Assembly: GCA_044892525.1 (NCBI GenBank)
Contig: CM097887.1
Coordinates: 74,896,001-74,960,000 of the forward strand
Direction of reading: 5' to 3'
DNA from: Schmidtea polychroa
Lineage: Eukaryota
DNA: 64,000 bases
Positions 12,300 through 26,299 of the stretch are shown one piece after another. The notes beneath the pieces were generated by a model. The model did no database searches, had not been told where the DNA came from, and saw nothing but the letters and a program-made list of their open reading frames with translations. Within the stretch, counting starts at the first letter, position 1. Every line of letters starts with the position of its first letter. A program made the translations under genes and the position numbers.

Positions 12300-13396
12300 G
12301 TTAGCACTTTTAATTGTATATGTTAAGGATTTTGATATTTATAAGCAAACTATTCACGTTTGTAATATTTTTTGATTCAAATAAAATCAGAAACAGTTTC
12401 CACAAAAACGTATTTAAAGAAAATTTTCTGGAATTTTAACTATTCATGTATTTAAATTTATAAATTATAAATTGTGATTTCAATTATCAGAAAGTAGGTA
12501 AATCTGGCACCGAATAGAAACTGCCTGTATTTATTACACTATGTAGCAAAATTGTCGCTTTCTTCGGTCTCTGATTTTCTATTTACTTTCGGCTGGTCTC
12601 AAAAATTCAAAGATAATGCACCTCTGGTTGAAAGTTTGATGATGAACAACGTCAAAATGAACTGCATAATGTTTGTCTATACCCGTATCATCGTAGGTCG
12701 TTTTTATAAGTAAGGATAACTTAAAAGATTGTTAGGTTCTGATCTGGTGGAATAGATTCTTCCTAACACAGATTATATCTGACTTCAAAGATATATAGGA
12801 ATACGTGCGTGTAAATATATAAATAATATGATTTAACCAAGACGGGTTCACTAAAGGATTTATTAATTATTCAAAAATGTATACAAACTGTTTAAACCAA
12901 AAATTGCCGCTGAATACTATGAAGGAAAGAAAATTGGTTGTACAAACCGTCCACAGATATATTAAACAAATGCTGGATATAATTGCTCTCAGCACTGTAT
13001 TTGAAGTTAGGGACAAGATGGAAGGATTACCCGAATTTTTCGCTATCGTCTAGATCAAGATTGATCTAGCGTTTCCTAATATTTTACCTTCTTGATAATT
13101 TAAAGCCAACGAGGAAGTCAGGCAGAAATTTAAAGTAAGAAATTCAAATAACCTTATGGCTAAGAAATTCTTTTGGTTTTCTTTGGACGAAGCAGAAATT
13201 GCTTGTAAAAAAATTTGTTCTGAATTTACTAGTTTTCTGATTCTGTTTATATACTCTTTTTTGTGACAACAGCTGTTTTCACTTTTCCACAATTCGTTTA
13301 CAATTTCTCCACCAATGGATTTACAACCAGAACAGCTGTTTCGAATTAACTATTTTACTCTCATTGAATTGCTTATTTCAAGCACAACTGTTTCTT

Positions 13397-13543
13397 NNNN
13401 NNNNNNNNNNNNNNNNNNNNNNNNNNNNNNNNNNNNNNNNNNNNNNNNNNNNNNNNNNNNNNNNNNNNNNNNNNNNNNNNNNNNNNNNNNNNNNNNNNNN
13501 NNNNNNNNNNNNNNNNNNNNNNNNNNNNNNNNNNNNNNNNNNN
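13397..13543. other. Assembly gap (N run)
   Basis: 147 Ns. Confidence 1.
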
Positions 13544-13881
13544 TGCAATTTATGAAACTAACGTTGTCTTCTTTTGAAGTCACGTTTATGAAGTCATTAC
13601 AAATATATGTAGCTTTATTATGATTTTTGAGAACAGTACTCAATTTAAATACCCAGGTCATTTAAAACTTGGAAAGTTGATGAAATTGTCTGATACTCGA
13701 GTATACGAGTGCACAAGTGAATAGGAAACTTTAGTCAATACTAAGTGTTTCTTGTATACCGGAAATATTTTTTTACACAGATGAATTATTGTCGGTTTTG
13801 TTTTATTTGAAAATTGTTATTAAAGTTAACATATTCAGTATATGAATAATATTAATGTTATTGATCAAATTGCATTTTTAG

Positions 13882-14065
13882 AAAAACCTGCACCGCCTGC
13901 AATTGCAGTTATGACATTCATGACGTTTTCGATGATAACATCTCTTGTGTTTTGGATGAAATGAAACTAAGTGATAAGTCTTTCTACCAAAAGTATATCG
14001 AAGCTCAAAAACAAGGTAAAACATCTGGATTGAATTGGCTTCCTATTGGTTTGAAACCCATTGAA
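13882..14065 (+). CDS. lmpt: LIMPETin coding exon 2 (R-KTCTACNCSYDIHD...LNWLPIGLKPIE)
   Basis: Acceptor tttttag, phase 2 completing the Arg codon. C..C.C...H motif, then the start of PET (W.P.GL). Donor gtacgt. Confidence 0.9.
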
Positions 14066-14119
14066 GTACGTTTAGCCATTTTCTATTGTAAGTCAAAAGT
14101 TAAATTAAATGATTTTTAG

Positions 14120-14359
14120 GTTGAATCTTTTTTATCATCCTTGCCAGCATCAGCTAATCCTCACGGGGTTGGAGATGATGATAAATCAAGATTACGAAGA
14201 CTTCGTAAACAAATTCCAGTACAAGATAGACGATTAGATAAATTTTCTCATCTTGATACAAATGTCGAGAGACAAGAAGCAGAAAAATTTCTAAAGAATC
14301 GAAATTCTCATGATTTATCAATTGCACATGTAGAAGCTATAACTGAATTTCAAGGCGTG
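14120..14359 (+). CDS. lmpt: LIMPETin coding exon 3, PET domain (VESFLSSLP...LRKQIPVQD...GV)
   Basis: Follows a 54-nt intron (14066-14119). PET-like L..Q.P.QD. 80 codons, phase 0/0, donor gtaaga. Confidence 0.9.
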
Positions 14360-15394
14360 GTAAGATTCTTTTGTCTTTTTGTAATTTCATTTGCTTACTG
14401 GAAATTAGTTTAATTTATCCAATCAACCATATAATTGATATTCATTTAAATTCAAACTTCAATTTGCCGAAAACTGTGTTAAATAAGAAAAACCCAGTGA
14501 TCTGTTGTCGAAATATAAATGAAGAAATTCTAAAGAAAATTAACAAATCAAAGGTAAATTGGGAAAAAAATGATTTTACCCACATCCTTTATAGTTTCAC
14601 TTAATATTTTATTCTTAATACAGAAGTTTTCGTCCTTGATACTTTGACTAAGGCATAAATTGGCCATTTCCAAGCTGTATCACACTTCCTAAATACATTA
14701 AAGTTAAAGTTTTTTAATTCCTTATTTTTGTTAGGTATACTTTTCTTCGCTTATTAATTTTTGATTTTAGTGCTTGTCTTTGATCAACAAAATATTTTCT
14801 CATCTCTTTTCATCTGTTAGAAATTATTATTTTATAACAAGTATAATTGTGGTAAAAATAGTTTTAGAAACAGATGAAGAGCCACCAGAGAAAAATTTCT
14901 TTCTATTCATCCAATTCATTTCTTTACTTATTTTTAATTATATTGATAAGATCAGTGGGAAATCTATTGACTTAATACATTCAAAGCTCTGACACTCCAT
15001 CAAATATAAATAATAAATAAATTCTTGTTAATAATTTTATTTATATGAAAATTAATTACAACTTTTACGGATGATTTTGTACTACTATGTTAAGATTTAG
15101 AAAGAGTTATTATTTTTTAGATAGATAGTTAGTGACTGATGGGAAAAATAGCTTGATTAAATATTCTATGCAATAAGATTTTTGAATAATTGACAAATTT
15201 GGCGATAGAAAGTTTTGTACATAGATTTTCAAGAGGGAGTTTTATGGCCAATTTTTTTTAATATAGATATAAAAATAATGAAGGGTATAAAAAGATTTTA
15301 AAGGGTATTAAAAGTAAAAGTGACGTACACTAAACGGTAATTGTATGCTGACATTTTTAAATTCAATAATTTATCAGACATATATATATATATA

Positions 15395-17832
15395 TAGTCA
15401 GACCTCGTTTATCCAGAAGCTTTTGAGCCAAGTTTTGTCCGGATAACTGAATTTATTGGTTTTAAAAAGTTTTAAACTCAAATCATAAAGTTTTAACAAA
15501 ATGTAAGTGACTAATTTATTCATAAAGACATTACAAAAAAAATATTAATCTGCCTTCTTTACAAAATCATCCATTTTGAACTGCGTCATCAGCTTTGATT
15601 TATGAATTTATTTCAACATAAAAGTCCTACTCTCGAGTGCGAATGGTTTTGATTGTTCTTGACTTTCTAAAGCACTTTCCATTACTTGAATAGCATTTGA
15701 AATATCATCAAGTGACGACTTTTGTTTAAAAACATTTTCATCGTCATTATCAATCTCTTCAACAGAAGTTTCTTTCTGACAGCTTTCAACTACAGTTTCA
15801 AGAATTTCTTCATCTTCAAGAATGGTTTTTGTTAACATTTTTGATCTTGATTAATGAAATCATCTAAGCCAGTATCAATTTCAGGACTCAAAAGCAATTC
15901 TTTCAAATTTGTTTGTGCATTATCATCTAGCTTTTCAATAATGTCAGTTGCGCCTGCTTTCCGGAAACAATTCTTGGCAGAATATGAATTTTAGTACATC
16001 AGTAAAATTGATTTTAATTGCTTCATTTCTTCTGGTTGTCTAATGAATTTCTTTGTCGTGTATCGTCGGTAATCGCGTTTTAAACTGTTTGTGATACTGG
16101 AATAAAGAGGTTACAAATGAGGAGAGTCATGTTTAAGTGCAAAAATTTCAGAGTTTTGTTCGTTAGTTCATTTTCACTATAGTGGGACAGTGCATTGCCA
16201 ACGAGAATAAGACTTTATTTTTCTATTTTAATTCTCTCTCGACCATTGTCATGTAGCTCATAAAAATATCCCTTGTCATCCATGCCTTGTAGTTTCTATG
16301 ATAGTCAGAGTTCAGGGTTGAAATTGAGCTGTTAGCCGTATTATTATCACGAAGATTAGTTCCATTTATCATGAAGAATTCGTTGCAATCAGAATATGAT
16401 TCATATAATTTATTTAGAATCAAATAATTTTTAAAAAAGCACCAAGCAATTCAGATACTTGAAAAAAACCCAAATGAATACACATAACTGACGTGGTCAA
16501 ACAAAAAAGTAATAATTGAAATAATATCCAAAATTCAGGAATTCCACCGATGCCACAAAACAATTGTGAGACACAAACACGAACACGGACGCGAACTAAA
16601 AAAATGAAACACATGTATGAAATTAACAACTAAATATCATGTCCACAGACAAGAAGGCTTTTCGAATGATTGGTCAATCTGTCTATTCTGAACATAAGGC
16701 TTCACATAGAGAGTAGGATTTATTAATTGTGTTTCCGTTACGTTTTGAACAGGTTCTTGATCTTCAAAATCTGTAGAAAAAGTCTGAGTGTGCATCGACA
16801 ACTTTGAAGATTCAATATTAGTTACATGTGTTGGAGATATTGTAATTGACTAAACTGGCTTCATCAAAATATTTGGTTTTCGTTGCTATAACTTTGTCAT
16901 GGAACATGTTCATAACACCCAGAATTGTGATATAGCACATAATATAATTTGATATTCTACTACTTCCTTCAGATTTATCATCAGATATTTGGTTTTTAAA
17001 CTCTTCAATTAAATCAAGAATATTTGTAAGATTTATATGAATTTCGATAAGGCCGTCAAATGGCTCACTACATCTAGCTTTTTTGATTTTATAATAACAA
17101 GAGGCTAAAGCTTATCACTTTCAGTAGTTAGTACAAAGACATACAGAAACTTGGTTCTTTGATTTCTTTTGGCAACTAATTTTTATGAAGAGTTTGGTTT
17201 AGTCCAAGTTCAACAAGGCCAATTTCATCAAAATTATAAATTTCATTTGGACCAAAGACTTTGACAATATTTTTCAATTTTTCCTTACTTCTGAAATCTG
17301 AGTTTGTAAAAGATTCGCCGCTTCCTCATGTACTACAAGGGCTTCTATGTTGTTTCTTTGCTTGAATTTATCAATCCATCTGTTAGAGCACTTAAAATCA
17401 GTTACTCCTAAGCTTTCCGCAAAATATTTTGCTTTACCAATAAGCATTTCAGTTGAAACGAGTGCTTTTTTCATGTTAATTTGATCAACCATATGACCAA
17501 ACATTTTTCCATGTTCTCAAACCTTCCAGCAGAAAATTTAGTTTTCTTTCTTGAAACTTCACTTTTATTCCCATTTTAGAAAATTTACCTCACAGTAGAT
17601 CTTCCAATATCATCAAAAATTATTTTTCTTATCTATTTTATAGTATAATTTGGATTTTTCCATTTGATTTCAATGATTTTCTTCTTAACCTAAAATCGTG
17701 ATTGCTGTTCTTTTCCTTTTCATGGCATGGTTCACTCTCATAGAATTCTGACATTTTTCTAAATTTAAATATAACTGAAATTCTGGATACAGTAGTAGAA
17801 TTTTTAAAAAGTTGCCTTTGTTGAAGGACCAA
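15395..17832 (-). mobile_element. Fragmented Tigger/pogo (CENP-B-like) transposon
   Basis: TIR-like TAGTCAGACCTCGTTTATCC next to (TA)n at 15395. Minus-strand pieces: CENP-B HTH (FKCSNRWIDKFKQRNNI), IYNFDEIGL, PLVI, NYKAWMTRDIF, and the C-terminus. Many frameshifts. Second TIR not found. Confidence 0.75.
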
Positions 17833-17935
17833 GAATATATATACTTATGCTTACACTTAAAAATACATTATTAACAAGTTATTAGTTATAATTAGTAAAT
17901 TTATAGCCTATTAAAATAGATTTATTTTATTATAG

Positions 17936-18154
17936 CAATGTTTTGAGTGCAAGACCATAATTGGAAAATCAGAACTCAGTGTGAGGATAGATCATAATGA
18001 AAGTGGTGTTAATTCATGGCATCCTGCTTGTTTCAATTGCTCTGAATGTAAAGAATTATTGGTTGACTACATATATTGCTGGCATTTAAACAAACTGTAT
18101 TGTGCAAGACATTACGGGGAAAAGATTCGGCCTCGTTGTGCGACTTGTGATGAA
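17936..18154 (+). CDS. lmpt: LIMPETin coding exon 4, LIM1 and start of LIM2
   Basis: QCFEC...WHPACFNCSECKELLVDYIYC....LYCARHYGEKIRPRCATCDE, the canonical Prickle/Limpet LIM1. Acceptor ttattatag, donor gtatga, 73 codons. Confidence 0.95.
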
Positions 18155-18286
18155 GTATGATCAATTATAAGTAGTTTCGCTAATAATATGAGTTAAAAAA
18201 TCAAACTGGATAAAATAACTTTTTCCGAGCAACAAAATTAAAAAATATTGAAAGAAATGAAAGAACTTTTTTAATAAAATTATATA

Positions 18287-18810
18287 AATATAAACCTCGA
18301 TTTGTGTCGTTCCGATTTGCATCGTTTTCGAAGTTGCGTCGTTAACTACTATAGATATAGAATCTTTAAGTTCAGATTAAAAAAGGTTTGCTATTTTAAA
18401 AATTATACTTTCTGTGAAATTTATTGAATTTTTGTTGTTCTAATTTATAATTTTTTATGTTGTTTTATTTAATGTGAGGTCTTTAAGTTTAAAATGAATT
18501 AAAGGATTTAAAAAATTATCAAATGTAAAAATTATAATTTTTATGAATTTAGTGAATTTCTTTAAATTTAATAATTTTTAAAATTTTTTTATTTAATGTA
18601 CAGTTTTAATTTATAATGAATTAATTTTTTTTTGATATTCATACACTTATAATATAAAAACGTTTTTTTCATTAAAATTTGGTTTTTTTCTTGAAATTTA
18701 CTACAAGATACTATTTAATGAAAAACTGGTATAAACACATATTATAAATGATTTCGATTTGCGTCGTCTTTATACGGTCTCAATTAACGGCGCAAATCGA
18801 GGTTTAGGTG
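18287..18810. mobile_element. pogo-like MITE, 524 bp
   Basis: Imperfect TIRs TAAACCTCGATTTG(T/C)G(T/C)CGTT, flanking TA, subterminal GATTTGC(G/A)TCG repeats. Confidence 0.7.
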
Positions 18811-19752
18811 TATTATGTTGAAAAATATTAAATAATGCTTCGCTATATCCATTATGGAAACATACCATTTCAGTAATATTTGACTTTTGACATGAAATTG
18901 CATTTTAGTTATTATATTAAATCCCGGTTGCTAGCAGTTTGCCTCAAATTTTGTCAATAAAATATATAAAAAATACGAATTAATTTTTCTTCCATAAAAT
19001 GTATCAATAGATTTAAACAAAATCTAAAATTTTCAGTAAAATTTGATTTTTATTTGCATTAAAGCTTTTGTTATTAAAAGAAATTAAACCAATAACATTC
19101 CTAGTAATCAACACAGATTTTCTACATATTACAGAGGTTATTCCGAAAATTTTTGGTTCTTTAAAAAGTATAATCCAATTTTATTTAATAATCAAATCTA
19201 ATATGCTTCTAGAACGAAATTTATTTTCTCCATTTTAGTATCTTTTTAAAATGTTAAAAAAAATTCAAAATAATTTAACTTTAATAAATCATTCAAATTT
19301 CCAGTTATTTATTTATATATTTGTATTTTATGATATAATTATCATTAAATAAAACTTGTTTGAAAAATTAATAATTTATCATTTTCTCTAAGATTTAATG
19401 TTGCTTTGATAATTTTTACACAACTTAAAATAATTTTTGTAAAATCTCTGAAACACATTAAAATTAAATGGATAATTTATGACTTCCAATATGCATTATA
19501 TCATATTCTCGGCGAGGATTTCCTAATAATTTCTAGTTGTAATACCTTTAATAAAATTTGAAAACGGCTTCACTAAAATCCTTGTTGGATAAATAAAATA
19601 ATTTTATAAAAAATCTTTGTTGCTTATATATAATTAATTTCTCTAATATTCACTTTCAAAAATTTTCAACAGTTCACCTTAACTTGTCAAATACTTTCAT
19701 TGTCATTTATTCTTATCAATTAGAAATCATGATTAGCGAGTATACAAATACC

Positions 19753-20087
19753 CATTGCCAGCTTTAGGTATAGGCGACAATGGCGGCTGCCTAGAATGGC
19801 ATTATTTCAAGGGGCCGCAAAACTATGAAAAATTAAAATTTTTAAATATTTTTTATGTTATGAAAATTATTTGTTGTGCTTCGTGGTACTAATATCAGTT
19901 TTTATATAGCACAAAATTGTTTAAGACCGGCACTGCGATTACCCCGTGGTAACTGATTACCCAAGCTGATTACCCGCCTAGAGCGGCATTATTTCAAGGG
20001 CCGGCAAAATTATTAGCAAAACTGATCACCCAAGCTTATTAACCGCCTAGAGCGGAATTATTTCAAAATTTTCTAAGGCCGGCACTG
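19753..20087. mobile_element. hAT-type MITE with a duplicated right end
   Basis: Left end CATTGCCAGCTTTAG; right end GCCGGCACTG at 20087 and a near copy (ACCGGCACTG) at 19935. 8-bp TSD caaatacc/cgaatacc (1 mismatch). Internal CCTAGAGCGGCATTATTTCAA-like repeats. Confidence 0.6.
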
Positions 20088-23000
20088 CGAATACCAAAAC
20101 AATTATACTTTTTTTCTTTCAGTAATTTTACAAGGACCTAATGTGATAGTAAAATTATTTTAATCTCTCAGAATAAGAACTATTGAAAAAATCGAAATAA
20201 AATTTGAGTATATGTATAATGTGAAATTTCAAAATTGGAAGAATGATTTGTAAAATGAATTTACTTATTTGCATAAATTAATGTTTTCTGTTTCTTAGTT
20301 ATTAGTTTTTTTTAAAAATGTCATTAGCCGGTTTCGAACATGGGAGTAAAAGATCAAAATTCAAACCTTAATAATTATTATTTGACTCATTTCCCTCCAA
20401 AAATAACTGAAATGACTAGAAAACAAATTGGTAGCTAACTAGCATGGAATTCACCCAAACTAAATCGAAAAATCAAAAATCTGACACTTGTAATTACCGT
20501 CAGACAACAATTATTTAAAAATAAATATTTGTTAATTATTGTTGACATTTGATGCTGAAGTTTGTTTAAAATCAATTATAATATTTTTATGACAAATATT
20601 ATAAGTACAACCTGAGCTGTGAGTAAAAAGTCAAACAATTCGTGTTGATCCACATTTCGTTTATATTTATCAATAAATTCTCAATCAAATAAATCTAAAT
20701 TCCATTTTCAAACTCTTCAGAAGTATTAATCACTTAAAGTTGTGTCATAATCAATTAAAATTTTCCAGAAGAATAGCATAACTTAATTGGGATTTATTTT
20801 TCTTTAATTGCTAAGTGTTGACATTTTCAAATTGATATAAAAAGTCTAGTTTCTACCAAGCAAGTGTATCCTACCATATGATAAAATATGATTCCCACTT
20901 TCAATCATAACAAACATTGATGCATGCATACTGACCTGGAATCGCATTCGCATTTTAATGGTATTCTGCCAGTTTTGGAATAACGATTTTCATCGATTTC
21001 TCAGATATTTGATTATAATCTATATTAAGATGTCGACCAATGAATGATAAGATATTTTCGGCAGACATATTTCAAGCATTTCAATACAGAGATTAATGGT
21101 TAATATTCCAACCTGTGTGTGTCTGCGTTGTTGTGATAGGATTTTTATATGGGATAATAAAAATATCCCACAGATTACCCAAAAATTCGTTTCGTGTGTG
21201 TATGGCAGCATGCTTATCTGTAACAGACGTAACATATAATGTAAAATTCGTTTCAATCATGTTATCTCTCGATTTTCTAAGCTGACATGCTAAATATTCT
21301 CATTCGGATAGGATCATCGCGCTGATATATTTTAAAATCAAACTGGTTCTTTTATTAATAGGGCTCGATTTTCGTACTGTATATTCTACTTTTCAAGTAA
21401 ATAAGCCTATTAAGTAGTGAGTATTTATTTATTTTTCAAATTTTATTATTAAACTTGCTGACAAATCCTTCTATAAACCAATGAGTGTTCGATTATAAAT
21501 TATCTGTTAAAATTTAATTTTCAAAAATAAATAATTAATTATAAATATATTTTAGAAATATATTTCAATAAGGTTTTTGTTTTTATCTTCCAAAATTTTT
21601 TCAAAAAATATTTTTAATTACAACTTTTTTTTATAAGAATTCATAACATCTAATAAAAGAACAATTTTTTACTTATGAATAAAAAATAAATTTTCAATCA
21701 GGATTTTAATCATTTTTCGCCGTGTAACATAAATTTTCGGCACTGGGTTTTTCTAGTATAACAGCATTGAAAAGGCCGAAAATTTGAGTTACATAGGATA
21801 AAAAATTGATCTATTGTCGTAATGAAAATAATGAAATTTAAAAGAAACTAAAGACAGATAAAAGGTTAACAAAAAATCAAATAAAAATAATAAAAAATAT
21901 TTTATAAAAACAGAAAATAACATTTAGGTCATATTATAATAAGTTTAATTGCCATTAAAACTTGTTAAATTAAAATATTTTATGATAAATTATCAGTAAA
22001 AGTTTTATATCCATTGATCGAGTTTAATTTTCAATTACTTATGTCTTCATTAATTTTCATATCACATATCAATGTTTTTATTTTTTAACACGAATAATTG
22101 CTAAGTTCTTTTTCAAGTGTTTATTGAATAGATAAATTTTTGTCTGAAAAATTATTTTTAAGACTTGTTTTTAAAATGCATTCTGTGAAAATAAGAAAAA
22201 AAATGCCAAAGTTTATTTTACTTGTTTACGACAGTATTTATTACAAAAAATCAATTTCCTATAAAATTTAAACACGCTTTTTATCGGACATTATAACATT
22301 TTTAATAAATTATACATTTTTTTCAGGAAAATTATTTCCTTTGAATAATTGCACACCAAAAATATAAATTGATTTGCAATATTTTTATTGATTACTGATT
22401 AAAAATTTTAAAGAATTTTTTTTGACTAAAACTTATATATAGACTGGGAAGTTTTCATGATAATTTTAATTTATACTGTATCAAATTCTAATACCTGCAT
22501 TTAATGTGAAATAAATAAAAATATTAATTGAGTTTGAAAATGAAATTCATTACTTTGATCATTTTCAATAACATTCCTATTTTTGATTTAATTTGATAAA
22601 ACAATTTTAACTAATTAGCAAAATATTTCTTACCTAGAGGTTTATAGAGGTTTAAAACGACCTATTCATAATGATCCAAAAACTGGGAAATTGAAGACAA
22701 ATTGAAGAAAAAATTTAGAAAATGAATGGCAAAATATTTCTTACCTACCGTTAATATACCTAGAGGTTTTGCTTTTGAAGTTAACCTACTAGAAATTAAT
22801 CATATTCTGAATTGGTTTTTTTAATACTATTTTTAGTCTTTAGTGAAATGACATTTATTAAAATCAATATGTGATTTTTTTTCGACAAACCATTTTTGTA
22901 TTTTATCCCCTTTTCGTTTGTGTCTTCAACAATTTCTTCTGATACAAGCGCAATACAATGGTAAGTGGAATAATCAGAATTAGTTTTAGAATTGTCTCAG

Positions 23001-25084
23001 TAAGAAAAATTTAGCTATTATCTTTTTGATTTATAAATAATAATTCTATTATAATAAGTTAATAAAATATAAAAAATTTAAAGTTTTTATAATGAATAAC
23101 TTAAAATAGCCAGTTTTTTCTGCTCCTTTTATAACTCCGTCAAAATTCCAATAACTTAAACTGGTATATTCTATTGAAACTACAAGAAAACATATTCCTT
23201 TTAATTTTTTAATTTTACCACACTGTATTACTAAGACATGTTTTTGACAATTGTGTGCACATGTTATTGGAAGAATTACAAACATCTATAAATTTTATAA
23301 ATGTTTATATAAACTTCATACGACACATTTTAATAAACATTTCTTGACTAACTTTCGTATTTCCTGTTTCACATTTTGTTTTCCGCGTGAGAATATTCAT
23401 TTAACCTTCATTCTAGTCATGGTCAGTCTTTTATTTATATAATACAATATACATTTTTAATTTATTTTATAATTCAATATAATAATGGAAGTGTATATGC
23501 ATCCTTGTCCTCACCTAAAAGTTGAAAATTATCATATTAAACTTAAAGTATGTAATCTAAATCACCCAATCTACATGCCCTAATGACAGCGTGATTTCCT
23601 TGCTCGGGACCCGCGGACTATATATTTGAATTAAAATATTTTTATGGGCAATCAAAATTTTCCCGAGATTTAAGGATTTAAAAAAATAATTTCAATATGA
23701 ACATGCGACATGAATCATTTCCTGGAATATTTGAGTTTTTTCATTAATTGATTGCAAATATAATAATCGATGTAAGATTCTTTTATTAAAATTAATTAGT
23801 TTGAAATTTTAAATGATCTTGATTCTGAAACATTACCTGAGTTGTATATAAAATATTTATTAGTAATATTTTTCAAATCGAAAATTACGCGTGTAAACTA
23901 GTTATTGATATTTCTTGCTCATAATACCAAATGCATTACTAAATTCTATTTATTTTTGAATTTTTTATACAATTACATTAACTATTATTAAAAAATATAT
24001 TTATATTAAAAAATAAAAAAACTAAAAAAGTTTTCAAGATAAAAGGAAAAAATTATTAATTCAAATTAGTCATTCTATTAAAAATAATCTAAGCTATAAA
24101 TTTGAATCCAATTATGATTCAACATTTTTGGTAAAGGTCAAAATAAGCCAGTTAAATATAAAAATAAAGTGATTAGTGTTGCAGAATGAATTATCAAAAC
24201 ATGAAGGAATAAATTATTTTTAGACACTTCATAAACAAAAATATATTTCAAATTTGTTTTTTCATCGTCTTGCACCATTACAAGATTAATGAATATAATA
24301 ATAAATTGCTTTTAATTAATCTGAATTCTTTTCTAGTTTAGTTAATTTTGTTTCTCAAAGAAATAGAACTGTTTTATTGGCTAGGCCAAACCCATTAAGA
24401 AAAAGCCCTAGAAATAAATTTTCGTTACATAAACTTAATTAATCTACATTTAATAATAAATAAATATATTTTTATAGTTTTTTGATGTGATATGTGATTG
24501 CTTTGATTTATATTGTAAATTATGTACCACATTATAATTATTGTGAATGAATGCCAGCATGCTTGATTGATTATTACCGAATGTCTGGGTTTTCAGTCCA
24601 TATGATTGTTTATTAATTATTCCCATTCGTTTAATGTTATCAGGTTATTCGGAATATAATTTGGTTTTTTTAATATATATTTGATGAAGACTAATGAATG
24701 ATTACATCAGTGGTTCTCAATGAATATAAAAGCGCGGAACACCATTCACATGATTTTTTACACGGAAAACTAACAAAAACTACTTGCCCACAATGAGTGA
24801 CCAATTACAAATTACTATAAATCTGTCGTAAACGTAAACAATGTCTTCTTATAAGCAAAGAAAATACCACGCGCTACAATAACTGGCAATAAAAACACTT
24901 ATATTTGTATGTTTATATATCTGTGTAACGGCTTTCTTTTTGAATCATCTTATAAAAATAATAATTGAGGTTTTTGATGATATGTATCTTAAATGCAAAC
25001 TTAAAGATAAAATGTCATCTTTTTCGCGGAACACTGCATTTTTCACTAAGACTAAACAATATTCTTTTAATAGCGACTTTCTAA

Positions 25085-26220
25085 AAAGTAATGGACGATG
25101 TTTTAATATTTTCGAAGAAATTAAATGAGCATTACGAAAATATTGAAAGTGTATTTAGAAAGATCAGACTTGCTGGATTAAAAATTAGCCCATCAAAATG
25201 CCAATTTTTAAAAGATGAAGTAAAGTTTTTGGGACAAATTTTAAGTAAAAGTGGTGTCAAACAGATGAAAATAAAATACAAGCTATTAAACAATTTGATA
25301 GACTTATGCAATTAAGGAGTTTTAGGGCTAACTAGCTATTATAAGAAATTCATAAAATATTATACAGAAAATTCCAAAAATTTAGAAAAATTATGTGGGA
25401 GAAAAGAAAAGAAATAGATTTGGACTGATGATTGTGAACTTAAAGAACTTAAAGATAAATTAATAAATGAGCCTATTTTGAAGTTCCCATATTTCTCATG
25501 GTTATTTAATTTAGATATCGATGCTAAACTTGACCGTATTGGTGAGGATTTATCTCAAATTTTCATTTCTGAAAAAGAAAATGTTATTGGATATAGATCA
25601 CACGCTATGCCTAAACACAAAGTTGGCTACTGCATAACAAGGAAAGAACGTTTGACAATTTATTATTTTACAGGGCACTTTAAGCATAATTTATATGGTA
25701 AAAAGTTTACATTTCGTACTGATCACAAAACAATAACTTGTATGATGAAAACAAGAAAAGCCATTACTCAATAATTCTAAACATGGATCAACTATTTAAG
25801 CAGTTTAGAAATAGATTTCCAGTATAGAAAAGGAGAAGATCATTCTGATGCGGATGCAATTTCAAGCAGTGAATGCACCAAATGCATTCAATATCAAACG
25901 ATTCATAATGATCCAAAAACTGGGAAATTGAAGAGAAATTGAAGAAAAAATTCAGAAAATGAATGGCAAAATAATTCAACCGAAATTCAAGATATTATAC
26001 ACAGCTTAAATTGAAAGAGAAGACCAATTTTAAAATAAAAGATGAAGTAATTCTAACTGCAAATAATAAGATTTGGATACCCGATAGTCGACGAATAGAT
26101 TTTTTAACAAAATGCCATATAAAATACCATAAGTTCCTTATGATTTACATTACTAGACGTTCTATAAAAATCCTCATGAAGATTTATTTAAATATTGCAA
26201 ACAAATTGCATTATTTTTGA
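25085..26220 (+). mobile_element. Degenerate Ty3/Gypsy pol fragment (RT C-terminus, RNase H)
   Basis: MDDVLIFS..EH...VF.KIRLAGLKISPSKCQF..EVKFLG; LRSFLGLTSYYKKFI; KFTFRTDHK; QYRKGEDHSDADAIS. Probably related to the 9678-10800 relic. Confidence 0.85.
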
Positions 26221-26299
26221 ATTTAAATAAATACTAAAAGTGAAGCAACTAACAGGAAAGACTAGTTTTCACTCCATATTTTATAAAAGGCTTTCTCCC

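Noticed and set aside
24708-24760. CAGTGGTTCTCAA hAT-like left end
   Set aside because: No matching right end or TSD found.
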